Assembly (NCBI GenBank): GCA_951812945.1
Contig: CATOTB010000006.1
Span: 77,335 to 141,334, forward strand
Direction: 5' to 3'
DNA from: Candidatus Dadabacteria bacterium
Lineage (GTDB): Bacteria > Desulfobacterota_D > UBA1144 > Nemesobacterales > Nemesobacteraceae
Length of the DNA: 64,000 bases
The position numbers were made by a program, and so were the translations under genes. The notes beneath the pieces were generated by a model. It was not told where the DNA came from and searched no databases. It saw only the letters and a list, made by a program, of their open reading frames with translations. Positions 28,452 through 39,417 of the stretch are shown here, one piece after another; within the stretch, counting starts at the first letter, position 1; the number at the start of each line of letters is the position of its first letter.

Positions 28452-29471
28452 ATGAGCGATACCGACGAGAAAAACAAGAGCATAAACGTAGCCATTGATA
28501 CGATAGAGAAGCAGTTTGGAAAGGGCTCCATAATGAGACTTGGCGAGGATGCATCTCTCGCCGATATTCCGGTGATTACCTCGGGCTCCCTAGGGCTCGA
28601 CATAGCGCTTGGCGTCGGAGGTTTTCCCAGGGGAAGGATCGTCGAGGTTTACGGTCCGGAGGCCTCGGGCAAGACCACCATAGCGCTCCACGCCATCGCC
28701 GAAGCCCAGAGGGCCGGCGGAATAACGGCTTTTGTCGACGCCGAACACTCTCTTTCCACAAGTTACGCGGCGGCGCTCGGTATCAAGGTGGAAGATCTTC
28801 TTATTTCCCAGCCTGATTTCGGAGAACAGGCCCTTGAGATCGTCGATACCCTCATAAGAAGCAACGCGGTTGATCTCATAGTGCTTGACTCGGTCGCGGC
28901 CCTTACCCCGCGCGCCGAAATCGAAGGGGAGATGGGAGACACTCACGTAGGTCTTCAGGCGAGGCTGATGTCGCAGGCGCTTCGCAAGATCACGGCTAAC
29001 GTCAGCCGCTCAAAGACCATAGTGATTTTCGTTAACCAGCTTCGCATGAAAATCGGGGTTCCGGCGTATATGAACCCCGAAACCACCACTGGCGGTAACG
29101 CTCTTCGGTTCTATTCATCGGTGAGAGTTGACATAAGGCGCATTGGATCTCTTAAGGACGGCGACCGTATAATTGGCAACAGGGTCAGGGCGAAGCTTGT
29201 CAAGAACAAAGTCGCCCCGCCTTTTAGGGAAGCGGAATTCGAGGTGATTTTCGGAAGGGGAATATCAAAACTCGGGGAGCTTGTGGACCTGGGAACTAAA
29301 TTCAATGTGGTAAAGAAAAGCGGGACTTGGTATTCCTATGACGGGGAGAGAATGGGGCAGGGAAGGGAGAACTCCAAGAAGTTTCTGCACGAAAATCCGG
29401 AAATTCGGGAAAAGATAAGAGACGAGATCATAAAAGCCTCGGGGATGGGTTCCTCTGAGGAAGCGGAGTAA
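28452..29471 (+). CDS. recA: Recombinase RecA
   Basis: [38 protein letters not shown]. Confidence 0.99.
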   Translation: MSDTDEKNKSINVAIDTIEKQFGKGSIMRLGEDASLADIPVITSGSLGLDIALGVGGFPRGRIVEVYGPEASGKTTIALHAIAEAQRAGGITAFVDAEHSLSTSYAAALGIKVEDLLISQPDFGEQALEIVDTLIRSNAVDLIVLDSVAALTPRAEIEGEMGDTHVGLQARLMSQALRKITANVSRSKTIVIFVNQLRMKIGVPAYMNPETTTGGNALRFYSSVRVDIRRIGSLKDGDRIIGNRVRAKLVKNKVAPPFREAEFEVIFGRGISKLGELVDLGTKFNVVKKSGTWYSYDGERMGQGRENSKKFLHENPEIREKIRDEIIKASGMGSSEEAE

Positions 29472-29573
29472 GGGAAAACCCCGAAAAAAGTTTCTGCTGT
29501 GCCGAATCCACTAAATCTGAGCCCATAACTCTCACTCCTGAATGTCCATTTTTGCCATATTTAAAAGATACAC

Positions 29574-30236
29574 ATGAAGATTCTGGGAATTGAAACCTCT
29601 ACTTTTTCGGGAAGCGTGTCAATATCCGATGACGACACGATTCTTTGCGAATATGTTTTCAACACCGGTCCAAGGCATAACGAGGTGCTTATTCCCACGA
29701 TCGAGCGGCTTCTTTCGGATTGCGGGTTCGGAAAAAATGATCTGGATGCGGTCTGCGTGTCAACGGGTCCGGGTTCTTTCACCTCACTTCGCATAGGGGT
29801 GTCCACCGCGAAGGCGCTTTGCTATTCTTTGGGGATGGACCTTGCGGGAGTTCCTTCACTTGAGATTCTTGCCTCAAATGCGTTTTGGTCGGGAAACGAC
29901 GTGTGTGCCATGACCGACGCGGGCAGAGGAGAGGTTTTCTTTTCATTTTATGATCTCAGAGGCGAAGAAATGAACCCTGCGGAAATTGCCACACCTGAGT
30001 CTGTGTGCACTAGGGTAAGGGAAAAGACTGTTTTTGTGGGCAGCGGGGCCCTGCTTCACGAAAATCTCATACGGGAAACGTTGGGGAAGAGCGCTGTGTT
30101 CCTGCCTGCGAATCTGAACACTCCCAGAGCGTCCGGCTGCGCGCTTCTGGGAAGAAAAAAGATTCTCTCCGGACAAAAGGACGATCCCTTCACTTTAACT
30201 CCCTTCTATCTTCGCCGCTCTGCAGCGGAACGCTAA
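29574..30236 (+). CDS. tsaB: tRNA t6A biosynthesis protein TsaB
   Basis: ILGIETST, GPGSFTSLRIG, PFYLRRS. Confidence 0.94.
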   Translation: MKILGIETSTFSGSVSISDDDTILCEYVFNTGPRHNEVLIPTIERLLSDCGFGKNDLDAVCVSTGPGSFTSLRIGVSTAKALCYSLGMDLAGVPSLEILASNAFWSGNDVCAMTDAGRGEVFFSFYDLRGEEMNPAEIATPESVCTRVREKTVFVGSGALLHENLIRETLGKSAVFLPANLNTPRASGCALLGRKKILSGQKDDPFTLTPFYLRRSAAER

Positions 30237-30371
30237 GCCGTGTTGCCCAAGCCGGGGCAGGAATCTTTTTCCCTGGCGGTCTTGAAGTTGTCCACGCGCG
30301 GTGATAGATTAAGCGGGGTGAGGTTTTTTCAGCACTCCATATTTTAAAGATAATCAGGGAGATAGGATAAA

Positions 30372-32084
30372 ATGGCCAAGATGCTCGGCGCACAGATGTT
30401 CTTTGAGACGCTTCTTCACCAGGGTATTGACGTGGTCTTCGGACTGCCGGGAGGTTACGTTCTCAAGGTCTACGACGTGATGACCGACTATACGGACAGA
30501 ATAAACCATGTGCTCGTGAGGCATGAGCAGGGAGCTACGCACATGGCCGACGGGTACGCAAGAGCTTCGGGAAAACCGGGAGTGGTACTCTGCACCTCGG
30601 GTCCTGCTGCAACCAACACCGTTACCGGCATAGCGACGGCACAGATGGATTCATCTCCTATAGTTATCTTTACGGGACAGGTTCCTACTCAGTACCTTGG
30701 AAGCGATGCTTTTCAGGAGGCCGACCATATCGGCATAACAAGACCCTGCACGAAACATAACTACCTTGTACGGGAAACCCGGGATCTTCCTAGAGCGATG
30801 AAAGAGGCTTTCCACATAGCTGGCACCGGAAGACCCAGCCCGGTTCTGGTTGATATGCCGAAGGACGTCCTCATAGGAGAAGACGAGCTTGTAATCCCCG
30901 AGGATCATGAGATAGATATCAAAGGCTACAAGCCCACTACGAGGGGAAATCCTTCGCAGATAAAAAGAGCGGTGGAAATGCTGCTTGCCTCAAAGCGACC
31001 CGTTATTTATTCCGGGGGAGGAGTTATCTGGTCCGGGGCTACGGATGAATTGCTTGAGTTCTGCCACCGGCTTCAGATACCTGTAGCTTCAACCCTTATG
31101 GGCCTGGGTGGTTATCCAGCGAGCGATCCGCTTTTCATAAGCATGCTCGGGATGCACGGTTCCTACGCCGCCAATATGACCGTTACCGAATCGGACCTCG
31201 TTATCTCGATTGGCGGGCGGTTTGATGACAGGGCTACGGGCGGAAACTTTGATGAATTCGCCCCCAACGCGGAGATTATCCATATAGACATAGACCCATC
31301 CTCGATAGACAAGAACATAACGGTTCAGTGTCCGATAGTAGGGGATGCCAAAGTTGTGCTGCGCCAGATACTCGATGCTCTTCCCGGGGAGATTGACCTT
31401 GAGGGGAGGGAATCCTGGCTCAGGCGAATACGGGACTGGAACGAGAAGCATCCGCTCACCTATTGCCAGGGAAGCGAGAAAATTCTGACGACCTACGCCA
31501 TAGACACGCTTTACAAGCTTACGAAAGGAGACGCCATAATAGTTTCCGACGTGGGTCAGCACCAGATGTGGGTAGCCCAGTTCTACAAGTTCGAAAGACC
31601 GAGAACCCATCTTACCTCGGGGGGCTTGGGAACCATGGGATTCAGTTTCCCCGCGGCTATGGGAGCGAAATACGCAAGACCCGATGAGCAGGTTATATGC
31701 GTTGCCGGCGACGGAAGCTTCCAGATGAATTTCCAGGAACTTGCGACTGCGGTTGAAAACAATCTGGATCTTAAGATTATCGTTTTCAACAACCGTCATC
31801 ACGGGATGGTAAGGCAATGGCAGACGATGTTTTTTGGGGGCAATTACTCGGCATCTCGCTTTGAAGTGCTGCCGGATTTCGTGAAGCTCGCAGAAGCGTT
31901 TGGAGCCCGTGGCCTTCGGGCAGTGAAGCCCGAGGAGCTTGAGCCCACTCTCAGGGAAGGCCTTAACACTCCGGGAGTTGTCCTCATGGAGATAGAAGTC
32001 GATTGTACGGAAATGGTTTATCCGATGATAGCCCCCGGTGCATCGATGGACAACATGATAATGATGCCCGCGGATCTTGCCTGA
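30372..32084 (+). CDS. ilvB: Acetolactate synthase large subunit
   Basis: RHEQGATHMADGYAR, TSGPAATN, SGGLGTMGF, GDGSFQMN, GMVRQWQ. Confidence 0.95.
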   Translation: MAKMLGAQMFFETLLHQGIDVVFGLPGGYVLKVYDVMTDYTDRINHVLVRHEQGATHMADGYARASGKPGVVLCTSGPAATNTVTGIATAQMDSSPIVIFTGQVPTQYLGSDAFQEADHIGITRPCTKHNYLVRETRDLPRAMKEAFHIAGTGRPSPVLVDMPKDVLIGEDELVIPEDHEIDIKGYKPTTRGNPSQIKRAVEMLLASKRPVIYSGGGVIWSGATDELLEFCHRLQIPVASTLMGLGGYPASDPLFISMLGMHGSYAANMTVTESDLVISIGGRFDDRATGGNFDEFAPNAEIIHIDIDPSSIDKNITVQCPIVGDAKVVLRQILDALPGEIDLEGRESWLRRIRDWNEKHPLTYCQGSEKILTTYAIDTLYKLTKGDAIIVSDVGQHQMWVAQFYKFERPRTHLTSGGLGTMGFSFPAAMGAKYARPDEQVICVAGDGSFQMNFQELATAVENNLDLKIIVFNNRHHGMVRQWQTMFFGGNYSASRFEVLPDFVKLAEAFGARGLRAVKPEELEPTLREGLNTPGVVLMEIEVDCTEMVYPMIAPGASMDNMIMMPADLA

Positions 32085-32181
32085 TACCCCGCGAGGCTTT
32101 CCGGACCGAACTCAAGGTTCTTTTCCCGCTTTCATATATACTTTTGCGTAAGACTGTGCATTAGTGTCTTCCGGTATCGTT

Positions 32182-34605
32182 ATGGCTTCAGGAAAAATTG
32201 TTCAGGTAGCTTTGCCGATTCATTCCGAACAGCTTTTTCTATATTCGGTTCCGAAGCGTTTCCGGCAAGGGATCGCTACGGGAAAGAGAGTGTTTGTTCC
32301 ACTCGGAAACCGCAAGGCCATAGGATATGTGGTAGGAGATACGGCAGAACGGAAAGTCGATTTCCAGCTAAAGGATGTAATCGACATCCTTGATGAATTG
32401 CCGCTTTTTGACGAGAAGCGCCTGGAATTTTTCCGCTGGGTTTCTGAGTACTACATGGCGCCTCTCGGAATCGTGCTTAAATTTGCCCATCCTTCCGGGC
32501 TTGGTAAAAGCGTCGGGAAAACCGTGCGGATCACGGAGGAGGGGAAAAGCCACCTTAAGGAGGCGGGCCTGAACCGTCTCGAGAAAAAAATCCTGGAAAC
32601 TCTTCTGCTCGAAGGAGAACTCGCCTCGGAGAAGCTTATCGAACTCAGCGGCGGGGCGTCGCTTGAGAACCTCAACTCTCTTAAGAGAAGAGTGCATATA
32701 GAATTTGACTACAGGGTTATAAGAGATGAGAAGGTAAAGTACGAGAAGATCTATGGAATCTCCTGCGACCCCGACACTGTCTCGGAGGTTAGGCGGAAAA
32801 AACCAGCCAAGGGTGCCATACTTGAATTTATAAGTAGCCGGGATTCTACGCCCCACTCGGAACTAAAAGAGATATTCGGCAGTTTCACGGCCCACGTAAA
32901 GTGGCTTGTGGATAACGCTCTGATCTCCGTGGAGCAAAAAGAAATCGGAAGGGACCCCTACGGCGCGCTTGACGCGGAGGAGGAGCCGCCTGAGAAACTT
33001 ACCCAGGATCAGCGTATGGCTATGGAGAAAATCCTGCCTTACGTCAAGATGGGGGAGTACCGCTGCTTTCTCCTTCACGGTGTTACGGGAAGCGGAAAGA
33101 CGGAGGTCTACTTGAGGACCGTAAGCGAAGTCATAGCCGGGGGGAAACAGGCGATTGTTCTTGTTCCCGAAATAGCGCTTACCCCGCTTCTGGTGAGGAT
33201 GTTCCGTTCACGTTTTGGCGATGCGGTATCGGTGATTCACAGCGCTCTCAGCGATGGCGAGAGGTTTGACGTGTGGAGAAAGGCCCGCAGCGGAGATCTG
33301 AGCGTGGTTATAGGCGCCCGCTCCGCGGTTTTCGCTCCGCTTGAGAATCTTGGCCTCGTGGTGGTTGACGAGGAGCATGAATCCTCCTACAAGCAGAACG
33401 AGGCGCCATGTTACAACGCCCGCGACGCCGCGGTCATGCTTGGAAACATATATGGCTGTCCGGTGCTACTGGGTTCCGCGACTCCCTCACTTGAATCCTA
33501 CGCGAACGCGATCAGGGGCAAGTACGAATATCTTTCTCTTCCCGCAAGGGTGGGGACTAGCAGGCTTCCCGAAGTTGAGCTCGTGGATATGAAAAACGTG
33601 AACGAAAGCGTTTTCTCTCCGCGTCTCAAAAACGCCCTAGTGGAGAATTTCAGCCGCGGGGAACAATCGATTCTTTTTATCAACAGGAGAGGTTTTTCAA
33701 GCTTTCTGGTATGCGGGGACTGCGGTGAAATCTTCAGGTGCCCTAACTGCTCTATAACCCTTACCTTTCACAAAAAAGATAATTCAATCAAGTGCCATTA
33801 CTGCGGAATCAGGCAGGAATTCGAAAACATCTGCTTAAGCTGCGGGGCCAAATACATGGGCAAGGGTCTCGGGACTCAGAAAGTAGAGGAGCAGGTAAAG
33901 AGCATGCTTCCCGATGCCAGGGTTTTCGTTATGGACAGGGATTACACCCGCGGGAAAACCAAACTTCTTGACCTTTACAAAAAGCTTGAGTCCGGGGAGG
34001 TGGACGTTCTTGTCGGGACTCAGATGGTAGCCAAGGGACATGATCTGCCGGGGGTTACGCTTGTCGGCGTTCTCTCAGCCGATCATATGCTGGGGATTCC
34101 CGACTTCCGCTCGGGAGAAAGAACTTTCCAGGTGCTCACACAGGTAGCCGGAAGAACGGGCAGGGGGATAAAACCCGGGGCGGTCATTCTGCAGACACAT
34201 AACCCCGATCATCCTTCGGTAAGATTTGCCGTTACCCATAACAGTTCCGGGTTTCTCGAAGAGGAACTGGAGCTTAGAAGATCCCTCGACCAGCCTCCTT
34301 TTTCGAGGTTCATATCTCTTAGAGTAAACGGACTTGATGAGGAGAAAACACGGGATTTCGCCGAAAGAATGAAGCGCACGGCCGAAAGATTTCTTCTCAA
34401 TCTTCCGCCCGGATCGCTCAGAGTACTCGGCCCCTCCGAGGCTCCCATATACAAACTCAGAAACAGGTTCAGATGGCAGATCATTATCGCGTCAGGGAAT
34501 CTGGGGCTGCTTCGGAACTACGCCTCGGCACTTTACGATTCGTTGAAAAAGCACGCCTCGGGAATTAAGCTTGTAGTTGATGTTGATCCCTATGATTTTA
34601 TGTGA
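32182..34605 (+). CDS. priA: Primosomal protein N' (replication restart helicase)
   Basis: GVTGSGKTEVY, DEEHE, four CxxC pairs, DVDP end. Confidence 0.96.
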   Translation: MASGKIVQVALPIHSEQLFLYSVPKRFRQGIATGKRVFVPLGNRKAIGYVVGDTAERKVDFQLKDVIDILDELPLFDEKRLEFFRWVSEYYMAPLGIVLKFAHPSGLGKSVGKTVRITEEGKSHLKEAGLNRLEKKILETLLLEGELASEKLIELSGGASLENLNSLKRRVHIEFDYRVIRDEKVKYEKIYGISCDPDTVSEVRRKKPAKGAILEFISSRDSTPHSELKEIFGSFTAHVKWLVDNALISVEQKEIGRDPYGALDAEEEPPEKLTQDQRMAMEKILPYVKMGEYRCFLLHGVTGSGKTEVYLRTVSEVIAGGKQAIVLVPEIALTPLLVRMFRSRFGDAVSVIHSALSDGERFDVWRKARSGDLSVVIGARSAVFAPLENLGLVVVDEEHESSYKQNEAPCYNARDAAVMLGNIYGCPVLLGSATPSLESYANAIRGKYEYLSLPARVGTSRLPEVELVDMKNVNESVFSPRLKNALVENFSRGEQSILFINRRGFSSFLVCGDCGEIFRCPNCSITLTFHKKDNSIKCHYCGIRQEFENICLSCGAKYMGKGLGTQKVEEQVKSMLPDARVFVMDRDYTRGKTKLLDLYKKLESGEVDVLVGTQMVAKGHDLPGVTLVGVLSADHMLGIPDFRSGERTFQVLTQVAGRTGRGIKPGAVILQTHNPDHPSVRFAVTHNSSGFLEEELELRRSLDQPPFSRFISLRVNGLDEEKTRDFAERMKRTAERFLLNLPPGSLRVLGPSEAPIYKLRNRFRWQIIIASGNLGLLRNYASALYDSLKKHASGIKLVVDVDPYDFM

Positions 34606-34611
34606 CCCGGC

Positions 34612-37416
34612 ATGGTGAAAAAGAAAATCCTTCTTCCCGACGAGGAAAACGCGCGCTTAACCGTTGAGAGATTCCGGGAGATAAACGGCAGACTCTCCGG
34701 GGAAAAAGCAAAAGTCCTCCGCATCATCTCTTCGCACAGCAGATTCCTCGGCAATTCAATCATAAGAAATCCCCGCGCGCTGAACGTACTTACTAATAAA
34801 AAAGCCCTCGGGAGAAAAAAAACGATTTCTTCCCACCGGGCTCCGCTTGCCTCGATTGTGAGGAATTCGAAGGATTCGGAGCGGTTCTCAGAAAGACTCA
34901 AGGAGTACAAGTACACGGAACTCTCTAGAATAATCTACAGAGAAATTCTGGGTCTCTGCGCGTTTCGCCAGACCATGGAGGAGATTTCTGATCTCGCCGT
35001 TTCCGTGGTCAGGGCGGTGCTTGATTTCTACAGGTCCCGAATTGAGGTCGGAGACGAATTAGAATTCGTAGTGCTTGGCATGGGGAAACTGGGCGGGAGA
35101 CTCCTTAACCTCAGTTCCGATATAGACCTCGTTTATCTCTACAGAAGCGAGGACTACGCCGAACAGATATTCACGCTTTCTTCATCAGTTACCAGAACGA
35201 TAAGCTCCGTCACCCCCGGCGGTTTTCTCTACAGAGTCGACCTGGGCCTGCGTCCTGGGGGCAGCAGGAGTCCGGTCGCGGTGTCGGTTGACGCGGCCCT
35301 TGATCATTATTACCACTGGGCCGAGACCTGGGAGAGAGCGGTTCTGCTCAAGGCAACCCCTGTTGCCGGGGATGTTGAGCTCGGTCGCGAATTCCTCAGG
35401 GAACTTGAACCGATAATATACCGCAAGCTGCTTGATTACGAGTCCATAGAGGATCTCAAGGACATGAAGGTTCGTCTCGAGGGCATACGGAAGGAAAACG
35501 ACGTGAAGCTCGGGAGGGGAGGAATAAGGGATATCGAGTTTTTCGTGCAGGCGACCCAGCTTATGAGCGGCGGGGCGGTGAAGAAGCTCAGGGGACTCAT
35601 GAACACTCTTGACGGCCTTTCCGCCATGGCGACGACGGGTTTCATAACAAAACAGGTAAAGGAAGAGATGGAACATTGCTATCTTTTTCTTAGAAAGGTG
35701 GAGCATTCGATTCAGCTCTGGGATGAACTTCAGACGCACAGCATTCCCACGGAGGAGAGTTCGCTCGCCAGACTCTCAAGGAGGATGGGTTTTGAGAGGA
35801 CGGCGGACTTCAGGGCCGCTTATGAAGAGATAACCTCGCTTGTCGTGAAGAACTGCGGGAATCTGTTCTTCGATCCCGGGGTGGAGCTTGAGGAAAAAGG
35901 CAGGGAATTCTGGGAGGTGGCGGATTTTATGGCCGAGGGAAATGTAAACCGCGAGGAGGCGATTTCGACCCTCGGAAATCTCGGGTTCTTGGCGCCGGAC
36001 GACGCGATCGAAATAATATCGAGCCTCATGAATCCCCAAAGGGCCGGACTCACGGAAAGGGGAAGGGTGCTTTCGAGAAAAGTGATACCGGCTTTTCTCT
36101 CAAACATAATCAATCTTAGCGATCAGGACTCTGCGCTTTTAAATCTTGAAAGATTTATCTCCGGTCTAGGTTCCAGAATGTCGGTCTACTTTCTTCTGAC
36201 TGAAAACCCTAAAATCATTCCTCTGCTCTCCAGGCTCTTTTCAAGAGGCGGCATGCTGTCTAATTTTCTTATCAGGCACCCCGAGTATCTTGACTCCATC
36301 ATACTGAAGGATGTGACGCAGTTTTACGATTCGAAAGATGCCATGGCGGGGGCTCTCGGGGAAGCCGTCTCGGAAGAGGAGTCCTTTGAGGAGAAACTCA
36401 ACGCTCTTCGAAGCTTCAAGAACATTGAGTCCCTTAAGCTTTGCTTCAAGGAACTTTCCGAGGACTTGGAACCGATCTACGTGGGAAAATATCTGTCGAT
36501 GGTTGCGGACGTTGTAATGGACTCAAGCCTCGAACTTGCCAAGGATTCCCTTAAGTGCTCTTCGGGAAAGAGAAAGCTTCTTGATAACATGGTCGTCTTG
36601 GGACTTGGTAAGCTCGGAGGAGGGGAAATGAGCTACGCTTCAGACCTGGACATAATCTTCATTTACGAGGGAGATGACCACGAGCTTTTCTCCAAGTACG
36701 GTCAGAGATTCATATCCAATCTTTCGGTTTACACTTCCAAGGGCTTCTGTTACAAGGTGGATGTTGAACTGCGCCCGTCGGGAAATTCGGGTGCCCTAGT
36801 CGCCTCGCTTGAGGCCTTTGAAGAATATCATAATTCAAGTGCTCATATCTGGGAGAGGCAGGCTCTTGTAAAAGCCCGCGCCGTTGCGGGAAACCGCGCG
36901 CTCGGCGAGAAGGTAATGAAAGTCATAGAGAATTTCGTTTATGCGAAAGAGCTCGCTCCGGATTTCCCCGAGGAAATCCACAGGCTGCGCGGGAGGGTCG
37001 AAAAAGAGCTTGCCAACGAGACGGAATCCAGGTTTAACCTGAAGACGGGAAGGGGGGGATTGGTTGACATTGAGTTTCTCATCCAGATGCTTCAGCTTGC
37101 TCATGGTCCCGCAAACCCCGAGCTAAGAACGGCAAACACCATGGAGGCTATCGGGGCGCTTTACAGTGCTGGGCTAATTGAAAGCGGCGAGGCCCTGACG
37201 CTTAGCGAAGGCTATCTATTTTTAAGAAAAATGGGAAATCTGCTGAGTCTTTTCAACGACAGGAGCAAAAACGAAGTCACACAGGGCGATTTCGACCGAA
37301 TGGCGCCTGAGTTCGGTGGTTCCGGTGGAGAGGGAGGTTTTCTCATGTCTGAATACGCGCGCGTGACCGGGAATATCAGGGAAATTTATAACAAATATTT
37401 TGCGGGAAATCCCTGA
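34612..37416 (+). CDS. glnE: Glutamine synthetase adenylyltransferase/adenylyl-removing enzyme
   Basis: Two NTase motifs GKLGG..L..SSDIDL and GKLGGGEMSYASDLD; KLGRGGIRDIEF and KTGRGGLVDIEF. Confidence 0.93.
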   Translation: MVKKKILLPDEENARLTVERFREINGRLSGEKAKVLRIISSHSRFLGNSIIRNPRALNVLTNKKALGRKKTISSHRAPLASIVRNSKDSERFSERLKEYKYTELSRIIYREILGLCAFRQTMEEISDLAVSVVRAVLDFYRSRIEVGDELEFVVLGMGKLGGRLLNLSSDIDLVYLYRSEDYAEQIFTLSSSVTRTISSVTPGGFLYRVDLGLRPGGSRSPVAVSVDAALDHYYHWAETWERAVLLKATPVAGDVELGREFLRELEPIIYRKLLDYESIEDLKDMKVRLEGIRKENDVKLGRGGIRDIEFFVQATQLMSGGAVKKLRGLMNTLDGLSAMATTGFITKQVKEEMEHCYLFLRKVEHSIQLWDELQTHSIPTEESSLARLSRRMGFERTADFRAAYEEITSLVVKNCGNLFFDPGVELEEKGREFWEVADFMAEGNVNREEAISTLGNLGFLAPDDAIEIISSLMNPQRAGLTERGRVLSRKVIPAFLSNIINLSDQDSALLNLERFISGLGSRMSVYFLLTENPKIIPLLSRLFSRGGMLSNFLIRHPEYLDSIILKDVTQFYDSKDAMAGALGEAVSEEESFEEKLNALRSFKNIESLKLCFKELSEDLEPIYVGKYLSMVADVVMDSSLELAKDSLKCSSGKRKLLDNMVVLGLGKLGGGEMSYASDLDIIFIYEGDDHELFSKYGQRFISNLSVYTSKGFCYKVDVELRPSGNSGALVASLEAFEEYHNSSAHIWERQALVKARAVAGNRALGEKVMKVIENFVYAKELAPDFPEEIHRLRGRVEKELANETESRFNLKTGRGGLVDIEFLIQMLQLAHGPANPELRTANTMEAIGALYSAGLIESGEALTLSEGYLFLRKMGNLLSLFNDRSKNEVTQGDFDRMAPEFGGSGGEGGFLMSEYARVTGNIREIYNKYFAGNP

Positions 37417-38834
37417 TGGATAAAAGGAAATGCATTTTTTTTCTTGCCGATGGTACGAGGCTGGATGTCTTTGCAGAACTTTTCAAAAGAGGCGATCTTG
37501 AAAACATACAGAAATATGTCGTAGAGCCGGGGAAATTTCTTAAGGGAATCACAGTTTTTCCCTCAACAACGGGTCCGGCTTATACTCCGTACCTTCTCGG
37601 CAAGTTTCCGGGCAGGTGCAATCTTCCCGGCATAAGATGGTTTGACAGAAGGTATTACGATGAGACCCCGTTTTCCCTGCGAAGATTCAGAAGCTACGCG
37701 GGTCCACAGGCGTCTCTTATCAACCGGGACATAGAGAGCGACTCCCCGACCCTTTTCGGCCTGGTTCCGGGAAGCGTAAGCATCCTAAACGAGATAACCA
37801 GGGATATAAGCCCCTTGGGGAGAAACAGGACCAAGTATCTTAAGTACTACTTAGTCGTGAAAAGCCATTTCACCAACAGAAGCGACGACGTTGAAGAGGC
37901 CGCGGGGAGAATCCTGGTTGACTCTCTTATAAGCTCTCCGCGTTTTGTTTTCTGCGTTTTCACCGCAGCGGATGCCTACTCCCACCGCTATCACCCTTTT
38001 CACCGCAAGGTTATGGAATCCTACAGAAGACTTGACCGGTACGTGGGCATGGTAGCGGAGAAGACCGCGGAGCGGGGGGAACTTGACGATACGCTTTTTG
38101 TCGTGGCAAGCGACCATGGTCTCACTCCCACGCATTCCCATTTCGATTCCCTGGGGTTTCTTCGCAAGCGGGGTTTCAAACCACTTTATTATACCAACGT
38201 GTTTAGGCATTTCCTGGATGCCGATTCATCCGTCATGGTTTCTGGAAACTCAATGGCGCATTACTATTTCAAAAATTCCGACGGATGGAAGAGACATACT
38301 CGTTGCGAAGAAATAGCGGATATTGTGGATGAGCTCTCAAGCCGGCCGGAAGTGGATATTGTCTGCGCCAGAACCGGCGGGGCGGGTGGTGAAGTGAAAA
38401 TAATAAATCCGAGGGGAGAAGCTCTTGTGAGTGAGGATGAAGAAGGTCTGATCTGCTACCGCAATGTTTCGGGCGACCCTCTTGGCTACGGTTTTTCCTC
38501 AAGGAAGATGGATGCCTCGGAATCGCTTCAACTCACCATAGATTCTGATTACCCTGACGCCCTTCTCCAGATTCTCCAGCTTTTCGAATCACCCCGCACC
38601 GGTGACGTGGTGGTGAGCTCAAAACCGGGTTATGACCTTCGTGCTACCCACGAGAATCCCGAACATCATGGTTCCCACGGTTCCCTGCATAAAGATCACA
38701 TGGTGGTTCCCGTTCTTATAAGTCGCCCGACGCAGCACGACTACGTAAGAACCGCGGATATATTCACAAGCATCGTCCGCTATCTCGGGATTGAAGTTCC
38801 CAGGGGGATTGACGGAAGGGATATTCTTGAGTGA
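37416..38834 (+). CDS. Alkaline phosphatase superfamily, nucleotide pyrophosphatase/phosphodiesterase-like
   Basis: ADG, FPSTTGP (Thr nucleophile), DAYSH, SDHG, GSHG metal ligands. Confidence 0.85.
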   Translation: MDKRKCIFFLADGTRLDVFAELFKRGDLENIQKYVVEPGKFLKGITVFPSTTGPAYTPYLLGKFPGRCNLPGIRWFDRRYYDETPFSLRRFRSYAGPQASLINRDIESDSPTLFGLVPGSVSILNEITRDISPLGRNRTKYLKYYLVVKSHFTNRSDDVEEAAGRILVDSLISSPRFVFCVFTAADAYSHRYHPFHRKVMESYRRLDRYVGMVAEKTAERGELDDTLFVVASDHGLTPTHSHFDSLGFLRKRGFKPLYYTNVFRHFLDADSSVMVSGNSMAHYYFKNSDGWKRHTRCEEIADIVDELSSRPEVDIVCARTGGAGGEVKIINPRGEALVSEDEEGLICYRNVSGDPLGYGFSSRKMDASESLQLTIDSDYPDALLQILQLFESPRTGDVVVSSKPGYDLRATHENPEHHGSHGSLHKDHMVVPVLISRPTQHDYVRTADIFTSIVRYLGIEVPRGIDGRDILE

Positions 38835-38840
38835 GTGGCT

Positions 38841-39338
38841 TCAGGAAAAAATTTCTTCTATCTGGCTGTTTACGTCTCCCTCTTTTTTCCTAAGCGCTAT
38901 GGAGAGTTCCTTAACTACGTGGGAGAGGGCGTTTTCCATTATTCTTTTCTCGCCGAAAGACAGGTTTTTTACCTTCTTCAGGTGGTGTATGTCTCTTAAC
39001 ACCGTGGCTATTTCGTATATGTCGCCGCTTTTAACCTTGTCAGCGTATTCCTTGTACCTTTTGTTCCAGCTCTGCACGCCTAGTTTGGGTATTTCGCCGT
39101 CTTCTTCCTTTAGTATGTCAAGGACTTTTTTTACTTCCTTCTTAGCTACTACGGGCCTTAAACCAACGGAATTGATGTTGTCGGTGGGGACCATGAGCTT
39201 TACGTTGCTTTCAAGAACGTTAAGTATGTAGAAGGCTTTTTTTGAACCGAGTATCTCTTTTTCTTCGACTCCCTGAACCTCAACTACCCCATGCACGGGA
39301 TACACGGCGTTTTGACCTGCTTTAAATTTCTTGCTCAT
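38841..39338 (-). CDS. carD: CarD/CdnL-family RNA polymerase-binding protein
   Basis: VYPVHGV, VGLRPV, SWNKRY, LSFGEKR. Confidence 0.93.
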   Translation of the reverse strand: MSKKFKAGQNAVYPVHGVVEVQGVEEKEILGSKKAFYILNVLESNVKLMVPTDNINSVGLRPVVAKKEVKKVLDILKEEDGEIPKLGVQSWNKRYKEYADKVKSGDIYEIATVLRDIHHLKKVKNLSFGEKRIMENALSHVVKELSIALRKKEGDVNSQIEEIFS

Positions 39339-39417
39339 TTTATTAAGTTATACGAAACTAACACTCTACCTGATTTACGATCGATTTGCTAGAAAACGAG
39401 TGAGAAGGGCTGGAATA

